From Octopus bimaculoides (taxonomy: Eukaryota), in the NCBI RefSeq assembly GCF_001194135.2, contig NC_068984.1, positions 50,192,436 to 50,248,029 on the forward strand: 55,594 nt of DNA, in the 5' to 3' direction. Shown one piece after another: positions 12,395 to 25,472 of the stretch (position 1 is its first letter; the number at the start of each line of letters is the position of its first letter). Under the pieces are notes generated by a model that had not been told where the DNA came from, ran no database searches, and was given only the letters and a program-made list of their open reading frames with translations. The translations under genes were made by a program, and so were the position numbers.

Positions 12395-12580
12395 GGCGGC
12401 GAGATGGCAGAATCGTTAGCACGCCGGGCGAAATGCTTAGCGGTATTTCGTCTGCCGCTAACGTTATGAGGTCAAATTCCGCCGAGGTCGACTTTGCTTT
12501 ATTATTTCGGGGTCGTTAAATTAAGTATCCCTCCCCTAAAATTTTAGGCCTTGTGCCTTTAACAGAAAGGATTATTATTA
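12395..12580 (+). mobile_element. SINE family C
   Basis: GGCGGCGAG.TGGCAGAATCGTTAGCACGCCGGGCGAAATGCTTAGCGG head, GGTCAAATTCC B-box-like motif and an ATT tail. Confidence 0.9.
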
Positions 12581-12620
12581 CTAGTGTTGTTGTTGTTGTT
12601 GATGTTGTTGCTGTTGTTAA

Positions 12621-12806
12621 GGCGGTAAGCTGGCAAAATCACTAGCACGCCGGGCAGAATCCTTAGCGAGATTTCGTCCCTCCATGTTCAGAGTTTAAAA
12701 GCTGCTGTGATCGACTTTGCATTTCATTTTTCGGGGTCCGTGTCATCGACTGACGATCTTTCCCTAAAATTTCTGGCCTTGTGCCAACATTTTAAAAATT
12801 ACTATT
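12621..12806 (+). mobile_element. SINE family C, second tandem copy
   Basis: Same head and body as 12395-12580, again preceded by (GTT)nAA. Confidence 0.85.
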
Positions 12807-15377
12807 TTTGTTGTTGTTTATGTCGATATTGCTCTTAACCTCAGTTCGACCGGACCTGTAACCATCTATCCTTTTCATTTGTGGAGGGAATTTAAGGCTG
12901 CATTATCTTCTGTGAAGAACCGTGTTCATCGTCGTTTCATGCACATAACTTTATCTTAATTTCATTCATTCCACTTCTGGCAAAAAATATTTAGGTGAAT
13001 CGAGTGTTCTACTAGTTATTTCTATTAACTTTAGAATTTCGTTTCTAATTTCCATCTACGCAAGCCACTATTCTGTTTATTTTTCATTTACGTTTCGTTT
13101 CAGTTTCAGGTTAAGTTCATATTAACTCTGTACTATCCACCGTTAGTTATAGTCGAATGCCTAACGATTTGAAGTAAAAATCATAATACTTGCCACCACA
13201 TTCTTCAAAGTCTTATTTGTGTTGAAATGTTAGTAGAATTAAAATTTCAGAACAGCATCTGATTTGAATGCTTCCGTTCAGTTGGGTTGCCCTCTATATG
13301 TTTGTGTAAGAACATTTCTAAAACTGACTAATTATGTTATCCAATTAAGCAAAATTAGAAAGAGATTTAAGAAAACTAATGATGGCTTGTAATGAACTCT
13401 TATATCAAACATTAATGAAATTAATCCTATGCTGCAATGAATTCCTCCTCAAAGCGTCAGCATTCAGATTTCATCATGGTACAGGAACTTTATTCTATAA
13501 CATAAATTTTTGTAATTTTTTAGTCCTCTGCTGCTACTGAAATAGAATCAGTACGATTCTAGCATAATTTCAATAAGCGCAATACATTCTGCCCATGAAT
13601 GATCAAACGAAACTTTTAATTAACTGTATTCAATACACGCTACGATGTCATTAATGCATTTGGAAAAGACACGGAATATTAGTCTTATTTATTCATTTTT
13701 CACTAATCAATGTGCTTGACCTCACGAAGAAAACTATTATTGTGTGTAAATGCTTGAAAGGAAGCTACCTATGAGTAGATGCTGACTGTCCGCTTTTAAA
13801 TGTCATGCTGATGCCCTTGTAATAACTTCATTGTTCATCCATGTCACAAAATTAGAAGATTCGCTCAGAAAACGAAGAAAAACATTATAATGTTAAATCT
13901 TATAAGTTTTATCTTTTAAACGTCAGTCTTTTTTGTGGTGATGGAGATCATTCATGGGGGTAGGAGCAGGATTCTCAACCCATTCGTTATTTACATTCAC
14001 ATCATTAAATTCATTAATAATTATAGTATCCTAAAATCCCCCCAACATCGTTTCCATCATCATCAGCAGCAGCATTGATATCATACGCATGATCATTGTT
14101 ATCGTCGTCGTCGTCGTCGTCAAGCGCGAACACTACCACCGCACCAACATTGCCGTCTTCTTCATCATTATCATCATCATCATCATGATGACCTTGCTGG
14201 CGTCAAGCATTACTTGCTATATTGCACTAAAGACACCATAATGAAAACCACTATGCCAAATGTGCGCACATATACGTTTGCGCACTTGCGGTGTTATATG
14301 TGGTATATGACTGTGTGTGGTAGTATTCGTTGATTGGCGAACACAAAGGCAGGTACATACTGGCAAAATAAAGCACATGGCTGAAACGAGTATATAATGG
14401 TGGCAGTCAGCAATTTGGTTTTAAATGCTAGTAATTGTATGTAGGCGCGCTAATATAGCATACGTATAGACTAACTCGTAGAATTTTTTTTTTATCCAAA
14501 TCCCCAGAAAGGGAATGCAAGAAATTTATGTTAATAAATTTATTTCTCATGTATCCCTCTAGCGAATTCTTAATGAGATAGTTTACTGGTGTTTTGGAAG
14601 AAATTTTACTGTAGAGATTAACGAAGTTGAAATGANNNNNNNNNNNNNNNNNNNNNNNNNNNNNNNNNNNNNNNNNNNNNNNNNNNNNNNNNNNNNNNNN
14701 NNNNNNNNNNNNNNNNNNNNNNNNNNNNNNNNNNNNNNNNNNNNNNNNNNNNNNNNNNNNNNNNNNNNNNNNNNNNNNNNNNNNNNNNNNNNNNNNNNNN
14801 NNNNNNNNNNNNNNNNNNNNNNNNNNNNNNNNNNNNNNNNNNNNNNNNNNNNNNNNNNNNNNNNNNNNNNNNNNNNNNNNNNNNNNNNNNNNNNNNNNNN
14901 NNNNNNNNNNNNNNNNNNNNNNNNNNNNNNNNNNNNNNNNNNNNNNNNNNNNNNNNNNNNNNNNNNNNNNNNNNNNNNNNNNNNNNNNNNNNNNNNNNNN
15001 NNNNNNNNNNNNNNNNNNNNNNNNNNNNNNNNNNNNNNNNNNNNNNNNNNNNNNNNNNNNNNNNNNNNNNNNNNNNNNNNNNNNNNNNNNNNNNNNNNNN
15101 NNNNNNNNNNNNNNNNNNNNNNNNNNNNNNNNNNNNNNNNNNNNNNNNNNNNNNNNNNNNNNNNNNNNNNNNNNNNNNNNNNNNNNNNNNNNNNNNNNNN
15201 NNNNNNNNNNNNNNNNNNNNNNNNNNNNNNNNNNNNNNNNNNNNNNNNNNNNNNNNNNNNNNNNNNNNNNNNNNNNNNNNNNNNNNNNNNNNNNNNNNNN
15301 NNNNNNNNNNNNNNNNNNNNNNNNNNNNNNNNNNNNNNNNNNNNNNNNNNNNNNNNNNNNNNNNNNNNNNNNNNNNN

Positions 15378-15414
<37 letters not shown>

Positions 15415-15904
15415 TTATATGCCATCACACACATATATATGTATGTATTTGTATGAATATTTAAGCTTTTCCACAATTTCTCGAATATTTTACGGTTTTT
15501 GCGGATCGCGGGAGATGGCAATAAATTAAGTGAAGAAAGAAGTAAATAGATCGTAACCCTAACCGCGAAAATTATTTTGTTGATATCAAGAAATAATATA
15601 TTTTAAGGGATACTGGAAATTAGATAGTGTCATAGATAACGACGCATAACTACATATGATTATATATACATACGTGCATGAATACTTATATACATATAAT
15701 TACACATATATAAGCGCATATACATACTACATACATACACACATGTTTGACGCAGGAAGTATTTTTATTGTCGCAGATAACATAAAGTGTCATAGGAATA
15801 TATGTCAAGGAGACGTTTATAGTTGCAAGAAGCCCCTTAACCATGTTTTTGAGGAAATCTGAATGGTACGTATATGGTTCACCGGATGACAGGAACACCG
15901 GCTT

Positions 15905-16155
15905 GACACTTTGCTTCTTTGTGGGTTACCGGAAAATTATATGCCAAAAATACAGATGGTATGTGGAAGAGTATTGACCTGGTTAACAGATTCTCGAAAG
16001 ATATAGGAAAGGAACTGTTTCAAGATAAATGTTCCTGCAAGATAGAATCACAAACCTATCTAGATGCATCAATGGTCTGTCAATTTTTTCCATATTTTGC
16101 AAGAGATGCAACATTCGAGTTGTTCAAACAAAAGATGAAAATGCATTCCAAATAG
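15905..16155 (+). mobile_element. R4/Dong-like non-LTR retrotransposon RT remnant
   Basis: Translation KLYAKNTDGMWKSIDLVNRFSKDIGKELFQDKCS matches the R4-clade post-YxDD motif (KLYAKN..FSKDIGMEFGLDKC). A decayed HLLFVDD-like stretch lies just upstream. Confidence 0.65.
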
Positions 16156-16950
16156 GGTCTTATAACAAGGAACATGTAACCACTGAATAAATATAACATG
16201 AAAGTAAGTTGAATACAGTTATCAGCGCTTCTTGCATGGAGTAATTAAGGGGCCAGCAATATGTTTGCTACACTCGTCGTCATACTAATATCTGGGCTGC
16301 TCGATCGGACTAGAAGGGATCTGGACCATCGATGTTAAAGCCAGAACAATCTTTAACAATTTCCACATCAATAATGGACTTCATCGACGTGACCCAAAGG
16401 GAATAGAAAGAGAAACATGTTTAAGATCAATATAAACATCTTTGAATGTAATATTATATCCCTTCGATAAAGCTTACAAAAGGTTTCATTATAGAGATTT
16501 AGACGATAACTATTCAAACATCAGACAATATAAGATCGATTGGTTTTTCGAAATTAATCATAAAACTGTTACAGATATGTTAATACAAGCGGTATCTACA
16601 GCATTACAAGTATATTGCTCTATAATAGTACTGAGTACACTATTTTTTACATATAATTTCGTTTACAGCACACACACACACACACACGCACACGTACTCA
16701 CACTCGCACGCAAACACACGCGCGCGAAAACTCAGACACACATACACATATATATATAAACTTTTATTAGGAAAAAGTTAAATACGTAGTCTACTAGAAA
16801 GTATTAATTCAGTTTAATGTACATATGCTCTCCCAGTCAAATAAGGACAAGTCGTCTAAGTTATAATGGAAATTTTGCCAGTTTGGTAACAACATACAGA
16901 AAGCTACTGTGAAACTGGTAACCATGTTAGGTTGCGTGTTCGCGTATATG

Positions 16951-16983
<33 letters not shown>

Positions 16984-17159
16984 TTATATATTCACAATTT
17001 AGGTTAGTTGAAATATGTTTCTCACATATTTCAACTGGTAAAGGCAAATACACTGCAGTTACCTTGAGAAAACATCTCTCTTATGGTACAAAGGTATGAA
17101 AACACCCCGTTCGTTCAGTGTCGCCCTCTCTCGGGAATCTCAGACATTGATGTTTTGAG

Positions 17160-18227
17160 TTTAAAAATCGTTAAAGTGTTTCAGCTTCAAAGCTGCGGTC
17201 GTGCTGGGGTTGGATAAGCTACACCAATATTTGAAACCTCCTCTGATATGTAGCATTTGGTCAACGAGGCAGTTTGATGCCGCTGCCCTTATCTGTGTTT
17301 CTTGCCGTGAGGTAGGCTCATCTGGATCCCTTCACAGGAAGAGATCCAGTTTTGTTTTTAAGACACTTAAATCCACATCATGCAGGTCTTTTAGGCATTT
17401 TGGAAGGATATTGAAGAGCTGTGGGCCCTTGCATCCCAAGCTGCTGCAGTATCTAGTCCAGTATTTTGATTGCAATGCTGGGACCTTTGGCACTATGCAG
17501 TGGAGCCCCGTTCTGCAGTTTGAGTAACTTTCAATGCCAAAGTTTGGTACAAGACCTTCGAGCATTTTCCACTGCATATCTTTCCCGCCTTCGTTCTAGA
17601 GAGAAGAGTCTTAATTCTTTCAGTCTTTCCCAGTAGCTGATACGTTGCATCGAGACGATTTTCATAGTGTAGCTTCGTTGGATTGCTTCTAGTTCTGCCG
17701 TAGATTTTATATTGTGTGGGAACCATAGTTGGGAGCAGCAGTTTAAGCGGTTGAGGACGTATGTCCTCCGAAGGATCATCAATGTATCCTTTTCTCTTGT
17801 TTTGAAAGCTCGAAGGATCTATCCAGATAGCTGTTTGCATTTCATTACCAAATCGGTAATATACACTTGAAAAGATGCATCATGGCTCATGTCAATGCCC
17901 AGGTCACGCACTGATATTGATTCAGGGATTTCAATTCCTCCTGGGCCAGTATATTGTGTCTGCATGTCGTTTAGATTTGTGTGCTGGTAGCATAGGGTCT
18001 GGAATTTTCCTGCATTAAACTGCATGCTGTTGTTCTCAACCCGCCTGTACATTGCGTCCAACTTCTGTTGCAGATGTGCAATATTTCCAGGGTTTTGTAT
18101 TGTCTGACAGATTTTTGTGTCATCTGCATAGCTAACAAGGGTAGCTATATGAGCAGCTGAGGGCATGTCTGAGAGGGCCACTATAAATAGCAGTGGCCCT
18201 AAGACAGTGCGCTGTGGAAAACCCTTG
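17160..18227 (-). mobile_element. CR1/L2-like LINE, 5'-truncated RT C-terminus plus 3' end
   Basis: GFPQRTVLGPLLF, YADDTK, FNAGKFQ, RDLGI and LFSLERRRERY motifs, with stops and frameshifts. The 3' stem-loop is at 17177-17207 and the 5' truncation abuts (TA)n. Confidence 0.93.
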
Positions 18228-18302
<75 letters not shown>

Positions 18303-18345
18303 TAAATAAATGGAGTTAAACGCAGATTTTATTTAAATTCTTTTA

Positions 18346-18431
18346 CTTTCGACATATGTTTCGAAGACAACATTGGTTTTATTCCAAAGAAATAGACGGT
18401 GTAAAATAATGTAATCTTCTCATCGGGAAAG
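18346..18431 (-). ncRNA. Type I hammerhead ribozyme with a single core substitution (U4C)
   Basis: CTTTC-CCGATGA-GAAGA..TCTTC-GAAA-CATATG-TC-GAAAG: 5-bp stem I, 5-bp (extendable) stem II closed by G-C, palindromic stem III and a GUC cleavage triplet. Confidence 0.8.
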
Positions 18432-19130
18432 AAAGAGAACCCATCTCATCAACAAGACATTATAACAATTTTGATAACAGCATAAATGATAAACAGAACG
18501 CTGTTAATTATTTTTAAATAACCGTTAGTAGATCTGACGTCAAAGGTAGACCATAAGAAGAGAAGGGGTAAAGAAATAATAAAGAGAACAAATAAAGGAG
18601 AAATATAGAGGGATATGTTGTTTGAAAAAATGTTCAAAGGCTTGGAAGTAGATTTCTGTATTGAAGTAAACTGCAAGGTGAACTAAATGTTCAAACTATA
18701 CAGACTGGTATAAATCACTTATATCAGTCAAAGGTGTGTTTCTGCCAATGCTTACATTTGTAAGATCGCTCTATAAGTATATGAACAAGGTGATTCTTAG
18801 AGAAGAGAATATGGCAGAGTTCAGAATTACAAATTTTACAAAGTCCTTTGCCCTTGTCATAAGGGAAAGAAATGAACGGGATGAACCAATCAAAATAAAA
18901 TTCCTTATTGTTGTCTTTAAGATGCCAAACCAATTTAATAAGCCCTGTGCAATTGCGTTTACTGCTATCCCTAAATGAAGAATAATGATTGGAAATTCTC
19001 TTAGATAACTGGGAAGAGGAAGACTACATTGAAACTCCCTAGATCTCTTGTCCATCTTGTAATATTACGTCGCATAAAAATAATTCGCTCTGTAGCTACA
19101 GAGATTCACAACTATATAGTTAACGTTTTT
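18346..19130 (-). mobile_element. Penelope-like element 3' remnant (GIY-YIG endonuclease end, 3' UTR, HHR)
   Basis: Minus frame reads ..QDGQEI*GVS..KRISNHYSSFRDSSKRNCTGLIKLVWHLKDNNKEFYFDW..CKICNSELCHILFSK..SYKCKHWQK, typical of PLE GIY-YIG C-termini. An HHR follows ~300 nt downstream. Confidence 0.8.
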
Positions 19131-21806
19131 ATTGTGTTGTAATGCTTTGATTGATCTTCACACTCGTCTGAGAAAGTTTTTTATTCTTCGATTTCTTCAC
19201 ACTTTCAAAGCAAAAATTTATCTCTAATCACCGAACCAATTTTTAAAGAAAACAAATTTCTGGGAAGAAATATTTTCAATACAATATTGTTTACGATTTT
19301 ATCATTTTTGTGAGATGAAAGCTAAAGCGAACTACAACGACACTTGCCATTCAAACTAAAACATTAACCTCGGGAATTTTTTCGTCATCTAATCTATGTT
19401 CTTATATTTATGCATCATTTTGTTTTCTCTTAAGATTATGGACGCATAACTTTTTACTTTCTTTAGATATCTAAATAGAAATAGTCAGTTATCATCGTGA
19501 GTTAAATTTATTGCAATTGTTATATGTAACCAAGCGTAACAGTTATACGTGTTTAAGATAAAACGGTGGCTTTGTAATTTTAATGTGGGCCACGTTTCAG
19601 TTTCTGAAAAGTGTTGATGTTCGAAAAATAGTGACTGAAGAATCATGAGCTTGCATCATCTCACGAGCATTCTTGTGTAGTCTCTATAAAACACTATATC
19701 TTTCACACACTCGCTTATCCTTGAAGCAGAGATTAAAATGAAGGCAGAATAATAACACAAAAACACTCTACAGTGTTGAACAAACCAGAAATTATCAAGC
19801 AGTCGAGATAATCTTTTACGCTTGCACGGTCACTTGTCCTATAAATTTCTCTCAACCACACCATACTGTCTTTACAGTAAGACATATAAAATAATATAAT
19901 CTGGGATACAATATTCCTCAGGAAATGCGTATGGTCATGGTTTCCCAACTCGATCAGTGATTACTTGTGGACTCACTACAATAGCAATTAGAAATTATGA
20001 AATAGCTAGGAAGGTTACCAATGCCAAGAATAAGTATTCTTGTGCTGCATTGCGACTCATTTAATATGCGGAATAATTAAAAAAAAATTTTAGATTTTAA
20101 TTTAGATAGAGTAGAAAGTTATATCGCACGAAATATAAACATTTGATTGCATTTGACAATCCTCTTCGGATTTTCGAAAGAATTATACAGCTGGACACAC
20201 TTGACATTTGTAGCAGTTTGGCATTGCATTTCTGAATCATTTTATTAAATATGCATTTCGCTGAGAAAATCAAATTGCATAGTGATTTGATTTCATTAAC
20301 TGGGTTCAAAGATTAATCTAGGATTGAATGGAGAATGCATGTTAAAAAAAATGTATAGAAGTAGAATATAAGACGCAAGAAAGTGTGTTCTAAAAGTATT
20401 CACAGGCTTATCCTCTGAGTTAATTCATTGGTTTTCCTGTTGTTATTGTTGATGTTCTTTAACATTGTGGCCGTACCGTCTATTTAGAGATATCTAATAC
20501 TATATTAACGAATACAAGGAAGATTGGCTACTATCACTAGCAAGGCTTCCTGGATGACAAAGTCGTGAGATGTTATTTGATTGTAGTATATAATCAATGT
20601 CTCAAAATTTGTTTACGTTTGTTTTCTTCCTGAGGATCTCCCTATATTGTTATGTATCTCAAAGGACAAACAAACCCGCCACTCTGCATCCATTGTGTCC
20701 ATGAATGTACCTTTCTTACAAACCTTATTCTTTTGACTGACATATACCTCAGAAAGCATTTTTCTGCATAATGCATCACATTCCCGTTCCAAACGCTCTA
20801 AGATTTTATATATATCGTAGTTGCCTGTTCACAATCGTGTTAAAACTATAAAATAGTACAGAAATATGATTTAATGATAATACAAACAGTATCATTGCTA
20901 ACTCTGCACTTCATTTCTCAGTTAAATATTTATCCTTCTCTCTCTTTTTCATTCTCCCTCATCTTCCCTCCACCCATTTGTCTCTGGTGTACACCTTATT
21001 TATCTATCTCACTCTGTTTTTTATACGTTGCATAGCTAATGCGTACAAACACTCTAATTCTGTGTCTGTTCATCTAATTGTTCACCCCCATTAGGTTTCC
21101 GATATTGTGGACGAGGGTCGAATTGAATTGGATCTACTTTTCATTTTTTATCATTCATATACACTTAATCGTATCATAATTAATGCTCTTGCTTGATGAT
21201 ATTAGAATTAAGGCCGAAGACCCACCCTTTCTGTTAATTCAAATATTCACAAGATGATCACTTCTACACATAGTTATGCACATACATATACCTACAATCC
21301 TAGTTGACTATATATATAGTCAACAGATGAAATCCAGAGATTTTCGATGTGGAAAACAGTAGCGCTCAAATGATTCGGACTTAAACTCCGATGTCATTTC
21401 GGGGGATCAATTCCACGAGATAAAGAGTGGCTATAAGAGGAATCCAGGTGAACATGCAGGCATATGTCTGGGCGTGAAATTTCAATGGAATAGTACATTT
21501 GCATATAAATACATTTATTTAATATTTTGGGGAAAGTGGAACGAATATTGCAATCATGGTATCCACTGTATGTCTAGCCCAAATCCAATCACCAATCGAA
21601 AGCTATCAATCAAGTGCTAATATACAGCAAGAGGAAGATATGCTTCATTCTCCTATGAACGCTTTCAGCAGCCGCTCCCAGATGCACTATCACGCAGTTT
21701 TTACCACGAAAGAATTACGTGTCTGTTAATATCATCTAACAACTTCTCCTCTGCAATTATGAAGTCCAATTATATATGGTATAATTCACCATACAATATC
21801 CATTTC

Positions 21807-21945
21807 AAATTTTGGCACACAGTGGGGTGGAGTAAGACGATTACATCAACCCCAGTGCCCAACTAGTACTTATTTCAATATCGACCTCGAAAGTAGGAAA
21901 GGCAAAGTTAACCTCGGTGGAATTTGAACTCAGAACATAAAGAAC
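21807..21945 (-). mobile_element. SINE family C fragment
   Basis: Reverse complement of TTCTGAGTTCAAATTCC..GAGGT..ACTTTGCCTTTC..TTTCG.GGTCGA..AAATAAGTAC, matching 26806-27000. Confidence 0.75.
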
Positions 21946-21961
21946 CATATCTATCTATTTA

Positions 21962-21993
<32 letters not shown>

Positions 21994-22411
21994 NNNNNNN
22001 NNNNNNNNNNNNNNNNNNNNNNNNNNNNNNNNNNNNNNNNNNNNNNNNNNNNNNNNNNNNNNNNNNNNNNNNNNNNNNNNNNNNNNNNNNNNNNNNNNNN
22101 NNNNNNNNNNNNNNNNNNNNNNNNNNNNNNNNNNNNNNNNNNNNNNNNNNNNNNNNNNNNNNNNNNATATATATATATATATACACACAAAATATGGAGA
22201 TTTAGTTCATAGGTGACCTAAACGACTAGATACGCTAAGTAAGTGCTATAACAGATTACTAGGGCTCCAAGGTTATAGCCAAGACGGTAGTTATGGTGCT
22301 ATTGTAGATTTCTGATATAGCGGATATATAATTGCTAGAGAAGGCAACAAACGTTAAGGCAAGACAAACATCTTAAGTCATATACATTACTATAATTGGA
22401 AAAAGAATTCA

Positions 22412-22467
22412 GTCTTACAGCTGTTTCTAGGATATCTCAGAGTAAAGGATATTCCGTCATCCAGGAC
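22412..22467 (-). ncRNA. Hammerhead ribozyme-like motif (degenerate)
   Basis: Minus strand GTC-CTGGATGA-CGGAATATC..GATATCCTA-GAAA-CAGCTG-TA-AGAC. The core has an extra G; same family as 37198-37265. Confidence 0.6.
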
Positions 22468-22675
22468 AAACAGGGAAAATGAGAAGGGTGTAGATTAATG
22501 AAATGAAGACATAGAGGACAGGACTAAAAAATAAGGGAATGAAGAAAGAGAAGAAAAAAGAAGCATAAAAATTCAGAGTTCAACAATCCGATCGTGTAGA
22601 AGTAAGTTCATAAGTCCTTAGGTGCAATCTTGCGTAAATCCATGTAGGTTAAAGTCCTATCAGGATATATATTTA

Positions 22676-23093
22676 TTCTTTTATTATTTTACTTACTTCA
22701 GCCATCTAACTTAAATCGAAGAAATAGGCCCCTGGACTTATTCTTTCTAAGCCAAGTACTTATTCTCTTGTTCTCTTTTATTGAACCGTTAAGTTACAGG
22801 GATGTAAACACATCAACATCAGTTGTCAAGCGATGGCAGCGGAACAAACACACAAACAAACAGATGAATATATACATACATACACATACACACACATACG
22901 CACCCCCCACCACATATATATATACATACACAACGGGTTTCTTTCAGTTTCCGATTACCAAATCTACTCACTAGGATTTGGTCGGTCCGAGGTTATAGTA
23001 GAAGACACTTTCCCAAAGTGCCACGCAGTAGGACTGAACTCGGAATCATGTGGTTTGGCAGCAAACTCCTTACCACACAGCCACGCCTGCGCC
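22676..23093 (-). mobile_element. SINE family A (diverged, near full length)
   Basis: Colinear with 451-861, including the head GGCGCAGGCGTGGCTGTGTGGT and the B-box-like GAGTTCAGTCC. Confidence 0.88.
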
Positions 23094-23142
23094 TATATGT
23101 ATGTATATATATATGTGTGTGTGTGTGTGTGCGTGTGTGTGT

Positions 23143-23173
<31 letters not shown>

Positions 23174-24842
23174 CGTGCGTGCGTGCATGTATTTCAGTGC
23201 ATTATGATCTGTATGTGTGTGTGTGTGTTTGTGTGTGTGATCTTTGTATTCGTTGTATATGATTTTATAGATTTTCCGTATGCGTGTATGCATGTATGTA
23301 ATTCTTCGAGTCTAATATAATTTTTTATTACTCTATCTTCTGTACATTCTCAATAAAATGTCAAGTACTGTAAATTTCTGGTTAGAATATTTTACAATTT
23401 AAGATGCCCACTTGAGGTCAGTTTTTTACTTGCCTTTAAATGTTTTACTTTTTTAGTTACTGGTATTATTTAACTCAATTTAACTGGCTACATCTACCTT
23501 GATATATAAACGACGTTTATCACGTGGAGTGCTGAAATACCTTTTAAAACGTATTTTAATTGGATGCGGAAAATCGACATTAATCATAACTTACCATCCT
23601 AGTTAATTCAAATGCATACAACTTTTCATGTATTTGTGTATTTTTTTTATTCTAGAACTTTGTTATTATCATCCTCATCATTCTCAATCTCCTCATAATC
23701 ATCACTCTAATCCTCCTTGTCATCCTTGTCGCCATAGTCGTCTTCGTCATTGACATCAGCGTCATCATCGTTGTCGTCGTAATTACCATCGTCGTCCTAG
23801 TCGTCCATGTCATCACCATCGCCGTCGCTGTCATCGTCGTCATCACCATCATCATCATCGATTTCAAAGTATTCTTTTTCGTCCAATTCTCCATTTCAAC
23901 TGGTCATCACCCACGAATGATTTTCGGGTTATCAGTAGATATTTAGTATCGTTAATCATCGTGTTTAATTTCTTCAGGTCCTTCTTGAATAATTTAGGCC
24001 CAATTAAGTGTACTTCTCGTTCAGGTAGCCAGAGATGTGAAAGCAGTTTGTATAACAACCTGAGATGATCTATTTCATTAGCATGCTATTTCTGATGGAA
24101 TTTAGAAATAGACGGTTAGCAAATGCAGTGTTTTCGAATAAACACATTCTGAAGTGTCAAAAACTAAATAATCTGTTTAACTCTGATCTGGTGTTGAAAG
24201 TAACCGACAGGAATGACTTTTAGCATATGAAATCACTCTAAAGAACCAAAGGAAAACTTTTTTTTACTAGCTACATTGGAACACCACACATAGCAAGTGT
24301 CCGAATTGCATTTTTATGCACATCTTAAAAGCGAATTTGTAACCAAGACATTAACTTATAGCCCGAAAAAAATGAGTAGGCTTCTCTATTATTATCGCTG
24401 CAATCACAACTTTATGTTTTGGCAAATTATTGAAGGACATTGTCGATGGAACAAACTACACACTCTTACGCGTGCTCACCCTCGCACGTGTGTGTCTCTT
24501 TATTAATAATCTGTATCAAAAAAGCAGCGTCTGAATATTACTTATTTTATTAGACTTCGATGTAAAATATTTGTCTAATCGATATGCGTATACTTTTATT
24601 CATTTCTTTCATAATAGTTATATATTTATATCATTAATATATTTATTACATTTTGTTATTGAATTTTCTCATTGACATACGCACATATTATTTATACATA
24701 CACACATAAAAACTAATAAACATCATAATTCGTTTATATACAATAGTAATATTGATTTTTTTTAAAAATTACACTCCTCTGATGAATTCCGCTCTCTGAT
24801 GCATACATACAAGTATGTATATATGTTTGTCTATCTCTATAT

Positions 24843-25041
24843 ATGTTATCAATCAGTTTCATTTCTGTATTTCTTGTCCATAGAGAAAGAGCCGGACTCT
24901 AACATAGATTCAAGGCTCTTTCATTGGAACTTTTATCAACATCATCTAGGTATTTATGCATATGTGCGTGTGTGTAGTATTTGGTGTTAGTGTATGCGCA
25001 GATTTGTATGTTTGTTTTATGGATGCGTTTTTATGTATATA
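24843..25041. repeat. Dispersed ~200-bp repeat, copy 2
   Basis: Near-identical to 2469-2675. Confidence 0.9.
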
Positions 25042-25472
25042 TGTATGTATGTATGCATGTATGTATGTATGTATGTATGTATGTATGTATGTATGTATGC
25101 GTGCATGTATACACATACACATACACATACATATATCTCTTTCTATATAACTTCATCTAGATCTTTATATCTATATCTGTCCGTCTGACTCTCTCTCTTT
25201 ATGTATCTAGCTATCTACCTATTCTTACATACATACGTATATATATATATATATATAGTATGGATTGATGCGTTTTTGATCGATGATACATACATGCATA
25301 CATATTCACATACATACATACATAAATATATGTNNNNNNNNNNNNNNNNNNNNNNNNNNNNNNNNNNNNNNNNNNNNNNNNNNNNNNNNNNNNNNNNNNN
25401 NNNNNNNNNNNNNNNNNNNNNNNNNNNNNNNNNNNNNNNNNNNNNNNNNTATATATATATATGCACACATAT

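Noticed and set aside
14260-14287. Palindrome ATGTGCGCACAT and MRE-like TGCGCAC pair
   Set aside because: Short motifs with no nearby gene; likely chance.
15555-15570. TAACCCTAACC telomere/Helentron-like motif
   Set aside because: Fewer than two units and no supporting termini.
20613-20824. ~70 open codons on minus after a possible acceptor (NYDIYKILERLERECDALCRK...)
   Set aside because: No recognisable homology and weak splice signals; within chance expectation.
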